64,000 bases of DNA. It comes from Nitrosopumilus sp. GTDB lineage: Archaea; Thermoproteota; Nitrososphaeria; Nitrososphaerales; Nitrosopumilaceae. The notes below the pieces were generated by a model. It made no database searches. It was not told where the DNA came from and worked only from the letters and a program-made list of their open reading frames with translations. The stretch spans positions 928,001 through 992,000 of the forward strand of contig OZ242220.1 of assembly GCA_965206745.1 (NCBI GenBank). Reading direction: 5' to 3'. Shown here one piece after another: positions 18,462-28,744 of this stretch. Both the position numbers and the translations under genes were made by a program. How positions within the stretch are numbered: the stretch's first letter is position 1; every line of letters begins with the position of its first letter.

Positions 18462-19544
18462 TTATCGAGCCCAACCACGTTCTATTAGTTTTTGAACGCT
18501 GGATGCTTTAACACAAGCTGGCTCACCGGATATTTTGAAAATTAACTCCCTTGCTGCTTTACAATGAATATTTTCAGGTTCAACCCCTTCTTGGATTTGT
18601 TTTAATGGTGATAATAGTGTCTTGTCCATTTTTTCTCCATCGACCATTACTGCATCATCTCCATCGACCATTACTGCATCATCTCCATCGACCATTACTG
18701 CATCATCTCCATCGACCATTACTGCATCATCTCCATCGACCATTACTGCATCATCTCCATCGACCATTACTGCATCATCTCCATCGACCATTACTGCATC
18801 CATACTATCTGATGTGTCATTTCCAAAAACTTCATTCATGTGTTTTGATTCAACTCCACTGACAATTTCAAATTCTATTATTGCCTCATTTACCATCATT
18901 GCCACTTGTTCTGGGGTCTCTTTTTGATCATATGCTTTCAAAATTTGCACATATGCATCACTGATTTTTTCTGAATCCTCAACATCTGCTTTTATCTCTT
19001 CGAAGATCTGCTGTGATCTCCAAATGAATGCTGAACCATCTTGAAATTCTGCCATCTCTACAATCAAACCTCCCTCAACTGCTTCTTTGTATTCCACTTT
19101 GGATGTTTCAAGCAAATCGTTGATTAATTGTGCTTTAAATGCTGAATCATTACTTAATTCATTTCCAACCACAATCTCTCTTGCTTGTTCAATAATTTCT
19201 TTGGCCTTGTCAATTGCTAACTGGGCCTCTTCTCTACCGACCTCTGTATTTGCCATGTTTTTTAATTCCAATAATGTTTTCTTTAGTTCTTCATTAAATT
19301 CTGGGTTGTCATCTAAATGCATACTCATTGTTTCATACAATTCTGATATTGGATGAGTTGAATGTATCAGTGCCAGTTCTGAATTGCCTTCATCCAGATT
19401 CTTCTCTAATGCCTGAAAATGCCCTAGTGTCTCCTCAAGAGCCCCTGCAAATTCTAATTTTGCATCCATTTGACTATCTGCAAAAGACAATGGTGCAGAT
19501 GCCAGAATAATTGCAGATAAAATTCCTAATACTATCGTTTTCAT
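18462..19544 (-). CDS. Secreted helical protein with DAVMVDGD repeats and a Cys-containing C-terminal module
   Basis: Signal peptide; LGH...HSTHPISE; EFQDG; SPLKQ..C..PACVK..LIERGW tail. Confidence 0.85.
   Translation of the reverse strand: MKTIVLGILSAIILASAPLSFADSQMDAKLEFAGALEETLGHFQALEKNLDEGNSELALIHSTHPISELYETMSMHLDDNPEFNEELKKTLLELKNMANTEVGREEAQLAIDKAKEIIEQAREIVVGNELSNDSAFKAQLINDLLETSKVEYKEAVEGGLIVEMAEFQDGSAFIWRSQQIFEEIKADVEDSEKISDAYVQILKAYDQKETPEQVAMMVNEAIIEFEIVSGVESKHMNEVFGNDTSDSMDAVMVDGDDAVMVDGDDAVMVDGDDAVMVDGDDAVMVDGDDAVMVDGDDAVMVDGEKMDKTLLSPLKQIQEGVEPENIHCKAARELIFKISGEPACVKASSVQKLIERGWAR
18634..18800 (-). repeat. 24-bp coding tandem repeat, 7 copies
   Basis: Unit TCTCCATCGACCATTACTGCATCA. 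Confidence 0.95.
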
Positions 19545-19634
19545 TCAACTTGATCTGATTTATCCAGTATAAATTATTTCGCTATTATTTCTGATTCTTG
19601 TTCCATAGATGGAGAATCAGGTTTTAAGATATTC

Positions 19635-20285
19635 CTAAATGAAGATGTCTGCTTTTCTCTCAACCTTTTGTTGTTTAAGCGAGTCTGGCACGTCGGGAAT
19701 GGAGGATTTTGTCTGTCCAGCAATCACACTGTGAGCTTCTTCTAGTATTGCCAGCGTGTCTGCATTTGCTTCAGGTGCAATGCTCACACTATCCCCGATG
19801 CCTACTGATGATCCAGACATTACGTCTCCTAGTATCTCTGAGAGGTCCTGCATTGAAGCAGTTGCCTCTGGCATAAGTCCAGTCAGTGATGGGCTTAACC
19901 CTTTGATGATTGCCATGCATGGACTTAGCGTTACCACTACATCTCCCAACTCGGAGACTGTGTCTAGTCTAAGTTTGACTTGTTCCATGGACAGCTTTGC
20001 CCCGCCAACCATGTTTTTCATCTTTCTAACCTGAGTCAACTCTCCGGCGTATGCGTGAGCATAACTAGGCTTGTTATTTCTTTGGGCATTGACTATTTTT
20101 TCAAATATAACATCGTGTTTTTTCTGTAATTTTTCATTAATCTGCTCTAATTTTGAGATTTGAAACTGTAATTTTTTTTGTGCAAAATCAATCTTGTTTT
20201 TTAATGGCTCTTCTGGCTTTACCCTGCCAATTACTCTCTGGGATATGCTCTCCCCTGCTGTTTTATCCCAAGAATTACTGATCAT
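19635..20285 (-). CDS. ESCRT-III / CdvB-family (Snf7) paralogue
   Basis: Long helical hairpin, AYAGELTQVRKM...LSMEQVKLRLDTVSELGD, AILEEA. Confidence 0.88.
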   Translation of the reverse strand: MISNSWDKTAGESISQRVIGRVKPEEPLKNKIDFAQKKLQFQISKLEQINEKLQKKHDVIFEKIVNAQRNNKPSYAHAYAGELTQVRKMKNMVGGAKLSMEQVKLRLDTVSELGDVVVTLSPCMAIIKGLSPSLTGLMPEATASMQDLSEILGDVMSGSSVGIGDSVSIAPEANADTLAILEEAHSVIAGQTKSSIPDVPDSLKQQKVERKADIFI

Positions 20286-20376
20286 ATCTTATTCCCTAAA
20301 TAACGTTGATTTTTTTGTTTTAAACAGAGTTGTCACCTCAGGTCATGTCACTGGAGTTACACTATGAGCAGTTACA

Positions 20377-21489
20377 CTATCCAAAGGTAAATGTGAATAT
20401 TTGAAACCCTTGTCCCTTGACATTGATTTCAATCAAGTGGGTCGAACTAGCCTCATCGGTGATGATGTTGTATAATCCTGCCCCAGTAACTTGCAGTATG
20501 TTGCCATCTTTGATGTCTGTTCCAGAGTATTTTGATGGCAGTGGTTCACCGTCAAGAAATATCTCCAACTCTGCATCATTTTCAGTTACAATGTTGACTT
20601 CTTTGGCATTGTATAGTAGTTTGATGGTACCAGTTTCAGAAACCAATTCCATACTGTCTCCATAATTACCCCATTTTCCTACTGGGTAGAATTTGTGCAA
20701 GTCAATTTTTTCTGGTTCTTGATATTCTACGATTTCTCCTGGCTGAAATCCCTCCTCACTTCCTAACTGATTTCTATTCTGTGCAAATGTGTAACCAAAA
20801 TATAATTCAGGGGTCCTAAACGCCGAATGTTGGAACTCCTCGATATCCACAAGCGACGATGCTGATGCCATTGGCATTCCAAAGTCTGCTGATCTTTCTT
20901 CTAATAGTTTTTGAATTACTATCTCTGTTTCCTGATATCCGCCTTCGCCGATGTGGTCATACCTGATATATCCTTCGTGGTCTGCAATGTATTTTCTTGG
21001 CCAATACCTATTTTCAAAAGCTTTCCAGGTTTCCATGTCGTTATCCATGACGACTGGATAGTTAATTCCGTGTTTTTCAATTGCCATCTTTACATTTTCT
21101 GGATCTTTTTCAAACTCGAACTCTGGTGAGTGAACTCCGAGAATCAATAATCCTTGATCAGAATATTTGTCATCCCATGCGGTTATGTATGGCAATGTCC
21201 TGATACAGTTGATGCAACTATACGTCCAAATGTCGTATAGAATCACTTTGCCCTCCATTGCCTCACTTAGTTCCTCAGGTGTGGTGTTTAGGTAATTTGC
21301 GATTCCTACAATGTTGGGTGCCTTTTTAAATCCTGATTTATCTATCTTTGAGACTGAATCATCCCCTGTAAATGTGGTTGTTGATTGCGCCCCTTGATCT
21401 AATGTCATAAATACGATTCCCAACGCTGCTATCCCTACAACAATCACCGCACCTAAAATTATACCTGTCTTGATATCTGAGTTCATCAT
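20377..21489 (-). CDS. Membrane-anchored redoxin (TlpA/DipZ C-terminal-like)
   Basis: WTYSCINC, GVHSPEFEFEK, RTPELYFG, FTFG terminus. Confidence 0.9.
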   Translation of the reverse strand: MMNSDIKTGIILGAVIVVGIAALGIVFMTLDQGAQSTTTFTGDDSVSKIDKSGFKKAPNIVGIANYLNTTPEELSEAMEGKVILYDIWTYSCINCIRTLPYITAWDDKYSDQGLLILGVHSPEFEFEKDPENVKMAIEKHGINYPVVMDNDMETWKAFENRYWPRKYIADHEGYIRYDHIGEGGYQETEIVIQKLLEERSADFGMPMASASSLVDIEEFQHSAFRTPELYFGYTFAQNRNQLGSEEGFQPGEIVEYQEPEKIDLHKFYPVGKWGNYGDSMELVSETGTIKLLYNAKEVNIVTENDAELEIFLDGEPLPSKYSGTDIKDGNILQVTGAGLYNIITDEASSTHLIEINVKGQGFQIFTFTFG

Positions 21490-21490
21490 A

Positions 21491-22222
21491 TCACCCTAGT
21501 AGCACCAATTCGTTAAGAAGTGGGAAATTTGCAATGTATGCAAGTTGGTTGGTAAACACCAATACTCCTAAAATAATTATGAATGCTCCTAATATTATGT
21601 TGTAATACTTTAGATGCTTTGTCATAGAACGGATTATCCTTGTGGCCCTTGAGAAAAATACACCCATGAGGATAAATGGAATTCCTAAACCAAATGAATA
21701 TGCCAGTAGCAAACTAAACGATATTGATGGTGTGGTGGCAGCTAAAGTGAGAATTGTCCCAAGTATCGGACCCACGCAAGGGGTCCATCCTGCAGCAAAT
21801 GCTAAACCAAATACAAATGACATTGGATAACTTGACTTTGAATTTTTAGGAAAGAATTTTTTTTCCACATTTAATGAGCGAATCTTTGTAGACAGTAATA
21901 GAAATATTCCAAAGGCAACTATGATGACTCCCCCTATCATGTTTAGACTGTTTGTTAAATCACTTGCCGCCCCTGAGAGAACACTATTTATCAGAACCCC
22001 CAACGTGGAAAACACCACTGAGAACCCTAAAACAAAAAATACTGTGTTTAGTACAATGTTTACTCTGTTAACGGAAAGGACTGTCCCATCTTTAGAGCCT
22101 AGATCAGTTACAGTCGTTCCTGATATGTATGCTAGAAATGCAGGGATCATTGGCAAAATGCATGGAGCAACAAATGAGCCTAATCCTGCAAGTAAAGCAA
22201 CAAGAATAGTCGGATCTGCCAA
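21491..22222 (-). CDS. ccdA: CcdA/DsbD-family disulfide transfer membrane protein
   Basis: SFVAPCILP and WTPCVGPILG motifs. Confidence 0.92.
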   Translation of the reverse strand: MADPTILVALLAGLGSFVAPCILPMIPAFLAYISGTTVTDLGSKDGTVLSVNRVNIVLNTVFFVLGFSVVFSTLGVLINSVLSGAASDLTNSLNMIGGVIIVAFGIFLLLSTKIRSLNVEKKFFPKNSKSSYPMSFVFGLAFAAGWTPCVGPILGTILTLAATTPSISFSLLLAYSFGLGIPFILMGVFFSRATRIIRSMTKHLKYYNIILGAFIIILGVLVFTNQLAYIANFPLLNELVLLG

Positions 22223-22306
22223 TGATTAAACTTGGAATTTTTCCTTTAAAGCCTTCTTCCAATTCTAACCCCATTCCTTTTTAACTGGGAAATCACCAAT
22301 TACACC

Positions 22307-22411
22307 ATGAACAATCGATTTATTATTGTCGGAGTAGCTTTGGGAATCATGGTTGCGCTTGCAGTAGTTATTGGATCGCCTGCAATTGGTGGCTTTGACG
22401 CTATGCGCTAA
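22307..22411 (+). CDS. 34-aa single-TM microprotein
   Basis: Hand translation MNNRFIIVGVALGIMVALAVVIGSPAIGGFDAMR; TTTTAA about 25 nt upstream. Confidence 0.55.
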   Translation: MNNRFIIVGVALGIMVALAVVIGSPAIGGFDAMR

Positions 22412-23540
22412 TCAGAAATTTTTTGCGTGCCTTTTCAAAGACATTTAGTGCTTTTTCTATCTCTGATTTTGACAGCCAGGCCGTGACTGAAATCCTTAAT
22501 CTGGCCTGATTTTCTGGAACCGTAGGATAGCGGATCGGCTGTGCAAATATTCCATTTTTGAACAAAAATTCCCCAAACTCCATGGCCTTTTTTTCATCCC
22601 CCACGATTACTGGGATGATTTGGGACATGGAATTAATTTCATAGCCTAGTTGTTTTAGGCCCTTTGCAAGATGCCTTGTATTTTTTACAAGTTTTATTCT
22701 CTGTTTTTCCCTATCTGATTGAAATCTTTTCTGTGAATATTCGATCAGAAAAGATGGCAATGCCGAAGTGTATATGAATGATTTTGATCTGTTGATACAC
22801 AGATCAATTACGTTGTTGTGCGATGAAACATACCCTCCAAATGATCCAAGACCTTTGCTCAAACTGCTGATATACAGGTCAACTTTCCTTGCAACATGCA
22901 GATAATCCGGAGTTCCTTTTCCGTCTTTGCCCATTACAAAATCCCCGTGCGCATCATCTACTATTGTGATTGCGTCTGATTTATTTGAGATTTCGGAGAT
23001 TTGTTTTAGTGGTGATAAATCCCCGTCCATGCTGAAGATGCCTTCGGTGATTATGAATTTGTTTTTTCCAGGCTGTTTTATTTTTTTGCTCAAATCTTGC
23101 ATGTCGTTGTGTCTGTAAACTGAAACTTTGGCATCTGTTAGTTTGCATGATTCAATTATGCTTGCATGGTTTAACTCATCACTGAGAACCAAATCTCCTT
23201 TTTTAACAACAGCTGAAATTGCCCCAAGATTTGCCATATATCCTGTGGGGTAAATCAAACTGCCCTGATGAGATTTGTGTCTTGCCAGCGTCTCTTCTAA
23301 TTTTTTATAAGATTCATCATTTCCGGAGACTAGGCGTGAACTTGATTGTAACTGTTTGGTCTGAATTTTGGTAGCTGGAATGCCCAAATAATCATTTGAA
23401 CACAGATTGACAAGTTTTTTGTTATTGATTGTAATCATTGAGCCTTTTGCCGTCCCATATCGCAGTTTTCTATAAAGGTTGTTTTGCTTTAGATCTGCTA
23501 ATTCCGAATCCACGAAATTCAGTTTATGTCTTGAGGCCAA
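22401..23540 (-). CDS. bioF: 8-amino-7-oxononanoate synthase
   Basis: NLCSNDYLG, TGYMAN, DELNHAS, FSMDGD, VDDAH, SLSKGLG. Confidence 0.93.
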   Translation of the reverse strand: MASRHKLNFVDSELADLKQNNLYRKLRYGTAKGSMITINNKKLVNLCSNDYLGIPATKIQTKQLQSSSRLVSGNDESYKKLEETLARHKSHQGSLIYPTGYMANLGAISAVVKKGDLVLSDELNHASIIESCKLTDAKVSVYRHNDMQDLSKKIKQPGKNKFIITEGIFSMDGDLSPLKQISEISNKSDAITIVDDAHGDFVMGKDGKGTPDYLHVARKVDLYISSLSKGLGSFGGYVSSHNNVIDLCINRSKSFIYTSALPSFLIEYSQKRFQSDREKQRIKLVKNTRHLAKGLKQLGYEINSMSQIIPVIVGDEKKAMEFGEFLFKNGIFAQPIRYPTVPENQARLRISVTAWLSKSEIEKALNVFEKARKKFLISA

Positions 23541-24504
23541 TTCTCTCTATTATCTCACGATCTTTACTGGCTTCATTTCCGCCCATGGTAAGATATCCTT
23601 CTGTAATTATGCCGTTTGCCCCGCTTTGTAGCAGTTCCTCTCCCGAATCAGACAACTTTGATTCCCGTCCTCCTGAAATTTTGATCACCGCCTCTGGCAA
23701 TATGAATCTGATAACAGAAAACATTCTGAGAATTTCTGAGTTTGGAATCTCTGTTTGTAATTCCAACGGGGTTCCGGGCATCGGAACAAGGATGTTTATT
23801 GTGACTTCCTCTGGAAATAGTCTTCCTAGTTCGAGTACAAGTTCCAATCTTTGCTCCCTTGTCTCCCCCAGCCCTATGATTCCGCCGGTGCACAGCTCAA
23901 GCCCTGCATCCCTGGCAATTGCCAAAGTTTTTAGCCGGTCTTCATATGTGTGGGTGGTACATATCTCTGGGAACTTTGATCTTGCAGTTTCTAAATTGTG
24001 ATTGTATCTTTTTACTTTGAGCTCTTTTAATTTTCTAGCCTGTCCTGATGTGAGAAAACCCAGACTGCATTCTATGCTGATTCCGACCTTATCGTTGACT
24101 TTGGAAATAATGCTGCAGACTTTTTCAAAGTCTTTGGATGATGGTTCTCTCCATGCAGCTACAAGGCAGTATGATTCTGCACCGTCATTTTTTGCTTTTT
24201 GCGCTTTAATGACAACATCTTCAGGCGATGGTAACTGGTACGTCTCTATCCCCGTATCAAAAAATGCAGACTGTCCACAAAATGTGCAGTCCTCACTGCA
24301 TGCATTCTTTTTGATATTGTTTAGTTGCTCAACATCCACTTTTTTCCCGTTAAAGTCATGCGTTATCTCATTTGCGCATCTTGCTAAATCATTTAGATGT
24401 TCTTCTGGAACATTAAACAATCCCTTGATCTCCTCAGATGAGATGCCTATTCCTGAAAATACTTTTTCTTGGCACCCTTTAATGAATTCCAGAGTATTCA
24501 TCAT
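23524..24504 (-). CDS. bioB: Biotin synthase (radical SAM)
   Basis: CSEDCTFCGQS and YNHNLET; start moved to MMNTL just after a TATA-like box. Confidence 0.95.
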   Translation of the reverse strand: MMNTLEFIKGCQEKVFSGIGISSEEIKGLFNVPEEHLNDLARCANEITHDFNGKKVDVEQLNNIKKNACSEDCTFCGQSAFFDTGIETYQLPSPEDVVIKAQKAKNDGAESYCLVAAWREPSSKDFEKVCSIISKVNDKVGISIECSLGFLTSGQARKLKELKVKRYNHNLETARSKFPEICTTHTYEDRLKTLAIARDAGLELCTGGIIGLGETREQRLELVLELGRLFPEEVTINILVPMPGTPLELQTEIPNSEILRMFSVIRFILPEAVIKISGGRESKLSDSGEELLQSGANGIITEGYLTMGGNEASKDREIIERIGLKT

Positions 24505-24543
24505 TTTGTTTGAAAATATTCCATTTATAACAATAATGGAAAG

Positions 24544-24571
24544 GTTAACCTCCTCATACATGAGGGTTAAC
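24544..24571 (-). promoter_or_regulatory. BirA operator (bioO-like) upstream of bioB-bioF
   Basis: GTTAACC-N14-GGTTAAC matches the BirA-box geometry; 13 bp upstream of TTATAAAT (24523-24530, minus strand). Confidence 0.8.
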
Positions 24572-24573
24572 AG

Positions 24574-25896
24574 TCAGATGACCTTGGGCGTGGCATCTTC
24601 AATTGTAGTGATTGTCCTGTTAATGAGTAACTCCAACTCCTTTTCAGATATTGCCAAGGGTGGCACAATCATGACTATGTTTCCCAGCGTTCTAAGGTAA
24701 ATTCCGTTCTTTTTCCCCTCCTCAAAAAATATCTTGTTTATTGATTTTTTGGGTGAAATTGGAATCTTTCTATGTTTGTCCTGAACCAGCTCAATTCCCA
24801 TGAGCATTCCTTTGTGCCTTATGTCCCCGACGATCTCCAACTTTGATATTTTGTCATAGAATTTTTCAAAAACTTTGGATGTCTTTTGGATTCTTTTGAT
24901 CAGGTTGTTCTTCTCATACATCTTGAGATTCTCATATGCAACAGATGCCGCAATCGGATTTCCTGTATACGTATGCCCGTGAAAGAGATGCCTCCACTCA
25001 TTGAATTCCCCCAAGAACGAATCGTAGATTTTTTTATTTGCAAGTGTTGCTGCCATGGTTATGTATCCGCCTGTTAGCATTTTTCCGTACGCTACAATGT
25101 CTGGCTTGCTTTGCTGTTCCTCATACTGCAGCATTGGACCCAGTCTTCCAAAACCTGTGGCTATCTCATCTAGTACCAACAAAACATTGTATTTTTTACA
25201 CAGATGACTTATCTTTTTCTGAAATCCTTTCGGATAAACTATTACGCCTCCTGCTACCTGTGCCCCGCTCTCCATTACAAAAGCCGCAATGTCATCCTTT
25301 TTTGCAAATCGCCTCTCAATTTTATCCAAGCAATGCTTTTGATAACCTGCAAAGGTGTATCCTTTTGGTATTCTGTATCTGTTTGGTACTGGAAACTGGA
25401 TTGTTGAAAACAACTGTTCTCTGAACTTGCCAAAAAATTCTGGAACATATCCGACAGACATTGCCCCAAACGTGTCCCCGTGATAGCCGTTTTCCAGAGT
25501 TGCGATCTTTGTTTTCTTTGTGTTTCTGATATTTTTCCAATACTGCAGTGCAAGCTTTAATGCAATTTCCATGGCAGAAGAACCATTATCCGAATAAAAC
25601 ACCCTGTGCATCCCTGGAGATATTTTTACTAGGGTCTTGGCCAATTTTTCAGCCGGCTCATTTGTTAAATTGAACATGGATGAATGTTGCAATCTCTTGC
25701 TCTGACTAGTCATGGCTCTGATTAGCTGTGGATTTGAGTGACCCCACACATTACACCACATTGAGGCTACGGCATCAATCATTTTGTTGCCCTTTGAATC
25801 AACAAGCCATACCCCCCTTGCGTTGGCAATCTGTGTAAATTCTCCCCACTCTTTCATCTGGGTGTTTGGGTGCCACACAAAACTATGGTTTTTCAA
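24574..25896 (-). CDS. bioA: DAPA aminotransferase
   Basis: VWHPNTQM, SMWCNVWGH, YHGDTFG, DEIATGFGR, HGHTYTGNP. Confidence 0.95.
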   Translation of the reverse strand: MKNHSFVWHPNTQMKEWGEFTQIANARGVWLVDSKGNKMIDAVASMWCNVWGHSNPQLIRAMTSQSKRLQHSSMFNLTNEPAEKLAKTLVKISPGMHRVFYSDNGSSAMEIALKLALQYWKNIRNTKKTKIATLENGYHGDTFGAMSVGYVPEFFGKFREQLFSTIQFPVPNRYRIPKGYTFAGYQKHCLDKIERRFAKKDDIAAFVMESGAQVAGGVIVYPKGFQKKISHLCKKYNVLLVLDEIATGFGRLGPMLQYEEQQSKPDIVAYGKMLTGGYITMAATLANKKIYDSFLGEFNEWRHLFHGHTYTGNPIAASVAYENLKMYEKNNLIKRIQKTSKVFEKFYDKISKLEIVGDIRHKGMLMGIELVQDKHRKIPISPKKSINKIFFEEGKKNGIYLRTLGNIVMIVPPLAISEKELELLINRTITTIEDATPKVI

Positions 25897-25970
25897 GTAG
25901 TGTTAGTAGTACTATTGTTCATAAAAATCGAGCGACAAGATTAATCAATGATAAATTAGGATGTTTTTCA

Positions 25971-26657
25971 TTGAACTCCTTGTTTGTAACAGGTACAGAT
26001 ACCGACGTTGGCAAGACATACGTCACTGCAGGCCTTGCAGTCACTTTTCGCAAAATGGGCCTAGATGTGGGGGTTATGAAGCCTTTTGCGGCAGGCACAT
26101 CTCAGAAAAAAGGATTCAAGTCCAAAGATGTGGAAATCCTTTCAAATGCGGCGCAGGTAAGTGACCCTGAAGAGCTGCTAAACCCGCAATTCTTCCCAAT
26201 TCCTGCCTCACCGTATACGGCATGGAAGACTTTGAAAATAAAACCAAGAGTTTCAACCATCCTCTCAAGTTTTAAAAAACTGTCAAAGCTTCATGAAATG
26301 ATCCTAGTGGAAGGCATGGGGGGGATAATGACTCCCATAATGAATGACTATTACATCACTCATTTGATCAAGGACATGAAAATTCCGGCAGTAATTGTGA
26401 CAAGAACTAAAGTTGGAACAGTCAATCATACCATGATGACAGTTAAGATGTGTGAAAAATACAAAATTCCAATCAGGGGGATTATCATTAATGATTTTGA
26501 CTCTGATGGGTACAAAACAAAAGAGTTGGCCCGTGATTTGAAAAATATCTTGAGAGTTCCTATTTTGGGATCAATTCCGTTTATCGAAGATTTCAGTGAC
26601 TCGTCACTGTACAAAATTTTCAGGAAGAATCTGGATTTTAAATTGCTGTCAAAATGA
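25971..26657 (+). CDS. bioD: Dethiobiotin synthase
   Basis: VTGTDTDVGKT, KP, VEGMGG, GTVNH; TTG start assumed. Confidence 0.95.
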   Translation: MNSLFVTGTDTDVGKTYVTAGLAVTFRKMGLDVGVMKPFAAGTSQKKGFKSKDVEILSNAAQVSDPEELLNPQFFPIPASPYTAWKTLKIKPRVSTILSSFKKLSKLHEMILVEGMGGIMTPIMNDYYITHLIKDMKIPAVIVTRTKVGTVNHTMMTVKMCEKYKIPIRGIIINDFDSDGYKTKELARDLKNILRVPILGSIPFIEDFSDSSLYKIFRKNLDFKLLSK

Positions 26658-26660
26658 GGA

Positions 26661-27227
26661 TCATACTCGCAAAATTTTAAATTTGCTTGATCCTCCAACA
26701 TTGCTGAATTTTGCAATCTCAAATATTATTTTGGAAAATGAATTGTCTTCCTTACTTAGCACAAAGGATCTCTTTCCAGTTTCGACTTTCTCTGATAAAA
26801 CCAACCAAATGTTCTCTTTTTGGGGCTGGATTTTCTCCAACTGCATGATCTCTTCATTTATTTTTTTAGTATCAGATGACTTTGCTATGCAAATCAACAA
26901 CGTCTTTTTTGGATCTTTTTCCAGCGTTTTTGTGTCAGGAATAACAATGTCCAGCTCATTTCCATTATACACTACTTTTCTCTGACTGGTGATTAGTGCA
27001 TTTGTAAGCAAATAATGCAGTAGCACAGTGGCCAATATCTCTACCACTTTTTCTTTCTCTCCCATTGACAGAATTTTCTCATAGCAATTTTCTGTTACAT
27101 CTATAATAATCTGATCAAATTTCTTATCTGCAATCAGTTTGGGAATCACTTTTGAATTTTTTATGTATTCAAACAAATGTTCCTTTATTGGATTTGATTC
27201 TTCCATATCTTTAGCAATTCTCATCAT
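26661..27227 (-). CDS. Hypothetical protein, possible PD-(D/E)xK-like fold
   Basis: ELDIVIPD...LLICIAK pattern. Confidence 0.6.
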   Translation of the reverse strand: MMRIAKDMEESNPIKEHLFEYIKNSKVIPKLIADKKFDQIIIDVTENCYEKILSMGEKEKVVEILATVLLHYLLTNALITSQRKVVYNGNELDIVIPDTKTLEKDPKKTLLICIAKSSDTKKINEEIMQLEKIQPQKENIWLVLSEKVETGKRSFVLSKEDNSFSKIIFEIAKFSNVGGSSKFKILRV

Positions 27228-27241
27228 GGTTGACTTTTAGG

Positions 27242-28636
27242 TTACTCGTTGAAAATATAGCGCCTTTCGCCTCTGGATTCTTTTTGAGTATCTACGTGAA
27301 CCAGTACGAACTCTTTCTTTGTATGGACCATGGATTCTTCTGGTGTCAGTTTGTTCTCATGCAGTTCTTCATACTCTCTCCATGTCAGCCTTCTGCGTGG
27401 ACCGATTTCAGATTCCAAATTCATATCCTTTACCATCTCTTTGTAAGTTGGTTGTATGACGCCGCTAAAGACCATTGCACTGCTTCCGCTCCCGTAAGAG
27501 CCAAATCCGATTCGTTTTCCGTCCAAATCGATGCCTTTCTGATACTCAAATTCCAAACTGCTTCTGAACCCCAAATACAATGATGCGGTATACAGATTGC
27601 CAATCATGCTTGATGCAATCAGCGAACTGGAGAGTTTTGACTCGTAAATTTCCTGATAAGCTTGAGTTTTTGTAAATAGTTTGGTAAATTCGTGGTCCTT
27701 TGTCATGAACTCTTCATCGCCTAACACCGACTCGATTGTTCCGCGAGGATCCTTTGGTATTGGTTCCTCAACTCCTATCTCCTGCAGGATCTTCTTCCAT
27801 CTTGGAAGCTGTCTCCATTCGTGCCTGACCAAATATGCCAAAGCCTTCTTGCCCATGTTACTGTATGGCAGGTGCATGTGGATGTAATCCATGTGATCTA
27901 AAATTGTCTCATCTGGCTCTATTTTGATCAAACCTGATGAGATTACCTTCTTCTTGTATGCCTCAAGTGCTTTTCTGACCTGAATCATGTATAGTAAATT
28001 CGAATACTGCCCATGAACAATAGGCGTCTCTTTCCCAAAAGGTCTGTAAAAGTCATATTCGTCTTTAATTGATGTGGATGTAACTTTGGGATCAAATGCC
28101 AACAGTCTTGGCTTGTCATTGAGAAGCATGACTACAGCTCCTGCGCCTTGTGTCATCTCACCGCTGGAACCCATATCATACTTTGCGATATCTGATACCA
28201 CTACCAGTGCGTGTTTTCCTTCGGCTTCCCCTGCTCTGATCCAGTTTGTATTATCATATAATGCATATGAGCCGCTTACACATGCAAACTTTGTTTCAAC
28301 CCCCCCGCAATGCTCAAAAGCCCCTTGGCCGTACACCTGCTCTAGCATTCCAATAACGTACGAGTTCATTGCTTTTGATTCATCAAACGCGGATTCTGTC
28401 GAAACGTATAACCTTCCGATATCATCTGGCGATAGTTTGTTTTTTTGCATTATTCGCAAACATGCATTTGCTGCAAGACATGCTGGGTCTTGATTGGCAT
28501 CAACAATTGCCATTTGAGATACTCCTAGACCTTTTTGCAACTTGACTGGGTCTAGTCCTCTGTTGTCTGCAAAATCAGCTGCATCGATATACAACCTTGG
28601 AATGTAAATTGCAATATCGTCTACTCCTGCTGCCAT
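27242..28636 (-). CDS. Hydroxymethylglutaryl-CoA synthase
   Basis: STESAFD, KFACVSG (catalytic Cys), TQGAGAV, HLPY, GNLYTAS, SYGSG. Confidence 0.95.
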   Translation of the reverse strand: MAAGVDDIAIYIPRLYIDAADFADNRGLDPVKLQKGLGVSQMAIVDANQDPACLAANACLRIMQKNKLSPDDIGRLYVSTESAFDESKAMNSYVIGMLEQVYGQGAFEHCGGVETKFACVSGSYALYDNTNWIRAGEAEGKHALVVVSDIAKYDMGSSGEMTQGAGAVVMLLNDKPRLLAFDPKVTSTSIKDEYDFYRPFGKETPIVHGQYSNLLYMIQVRKALEAYKKKVISSGLIKIEPDETILDHMDYIHMHLPYSNMGKKALAYLVRHEWRQLPRWKKILQEIGVEEPIPKDPRGTIESVLGDEEFMTKDHEFTKLFTKTQAYQEIYESKLSSSLIASSMIGNLYTASLYLGFRSSLEFEYQKGIDLDGKRIGFGSYGSGSSAMVFSGVIQPTYKEMVKDMNLESEIGPRRRLTWREYEELHENKLTPEESMVHTKKEFVLVHVDTQKESRGERRYIFNE

Positions 28637-28744
28637 AAGCTTGCCTCCGAGTTTATACATTTAAGGATATTGGGTAAATTCTAAGTAGCTAAAGTGGGAA
28701 TTTTGCCAATTTTAATAATTCATGAGTGAATTGATCGCAATCTG

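Noticed and set aside
18634-18800. Possible CRISPR arrays at the 24-bp, 33-bp and 84-bp repeats
   Set aside because: They are in-frame coding repeats without regular unique spacers, and no cas genes are present
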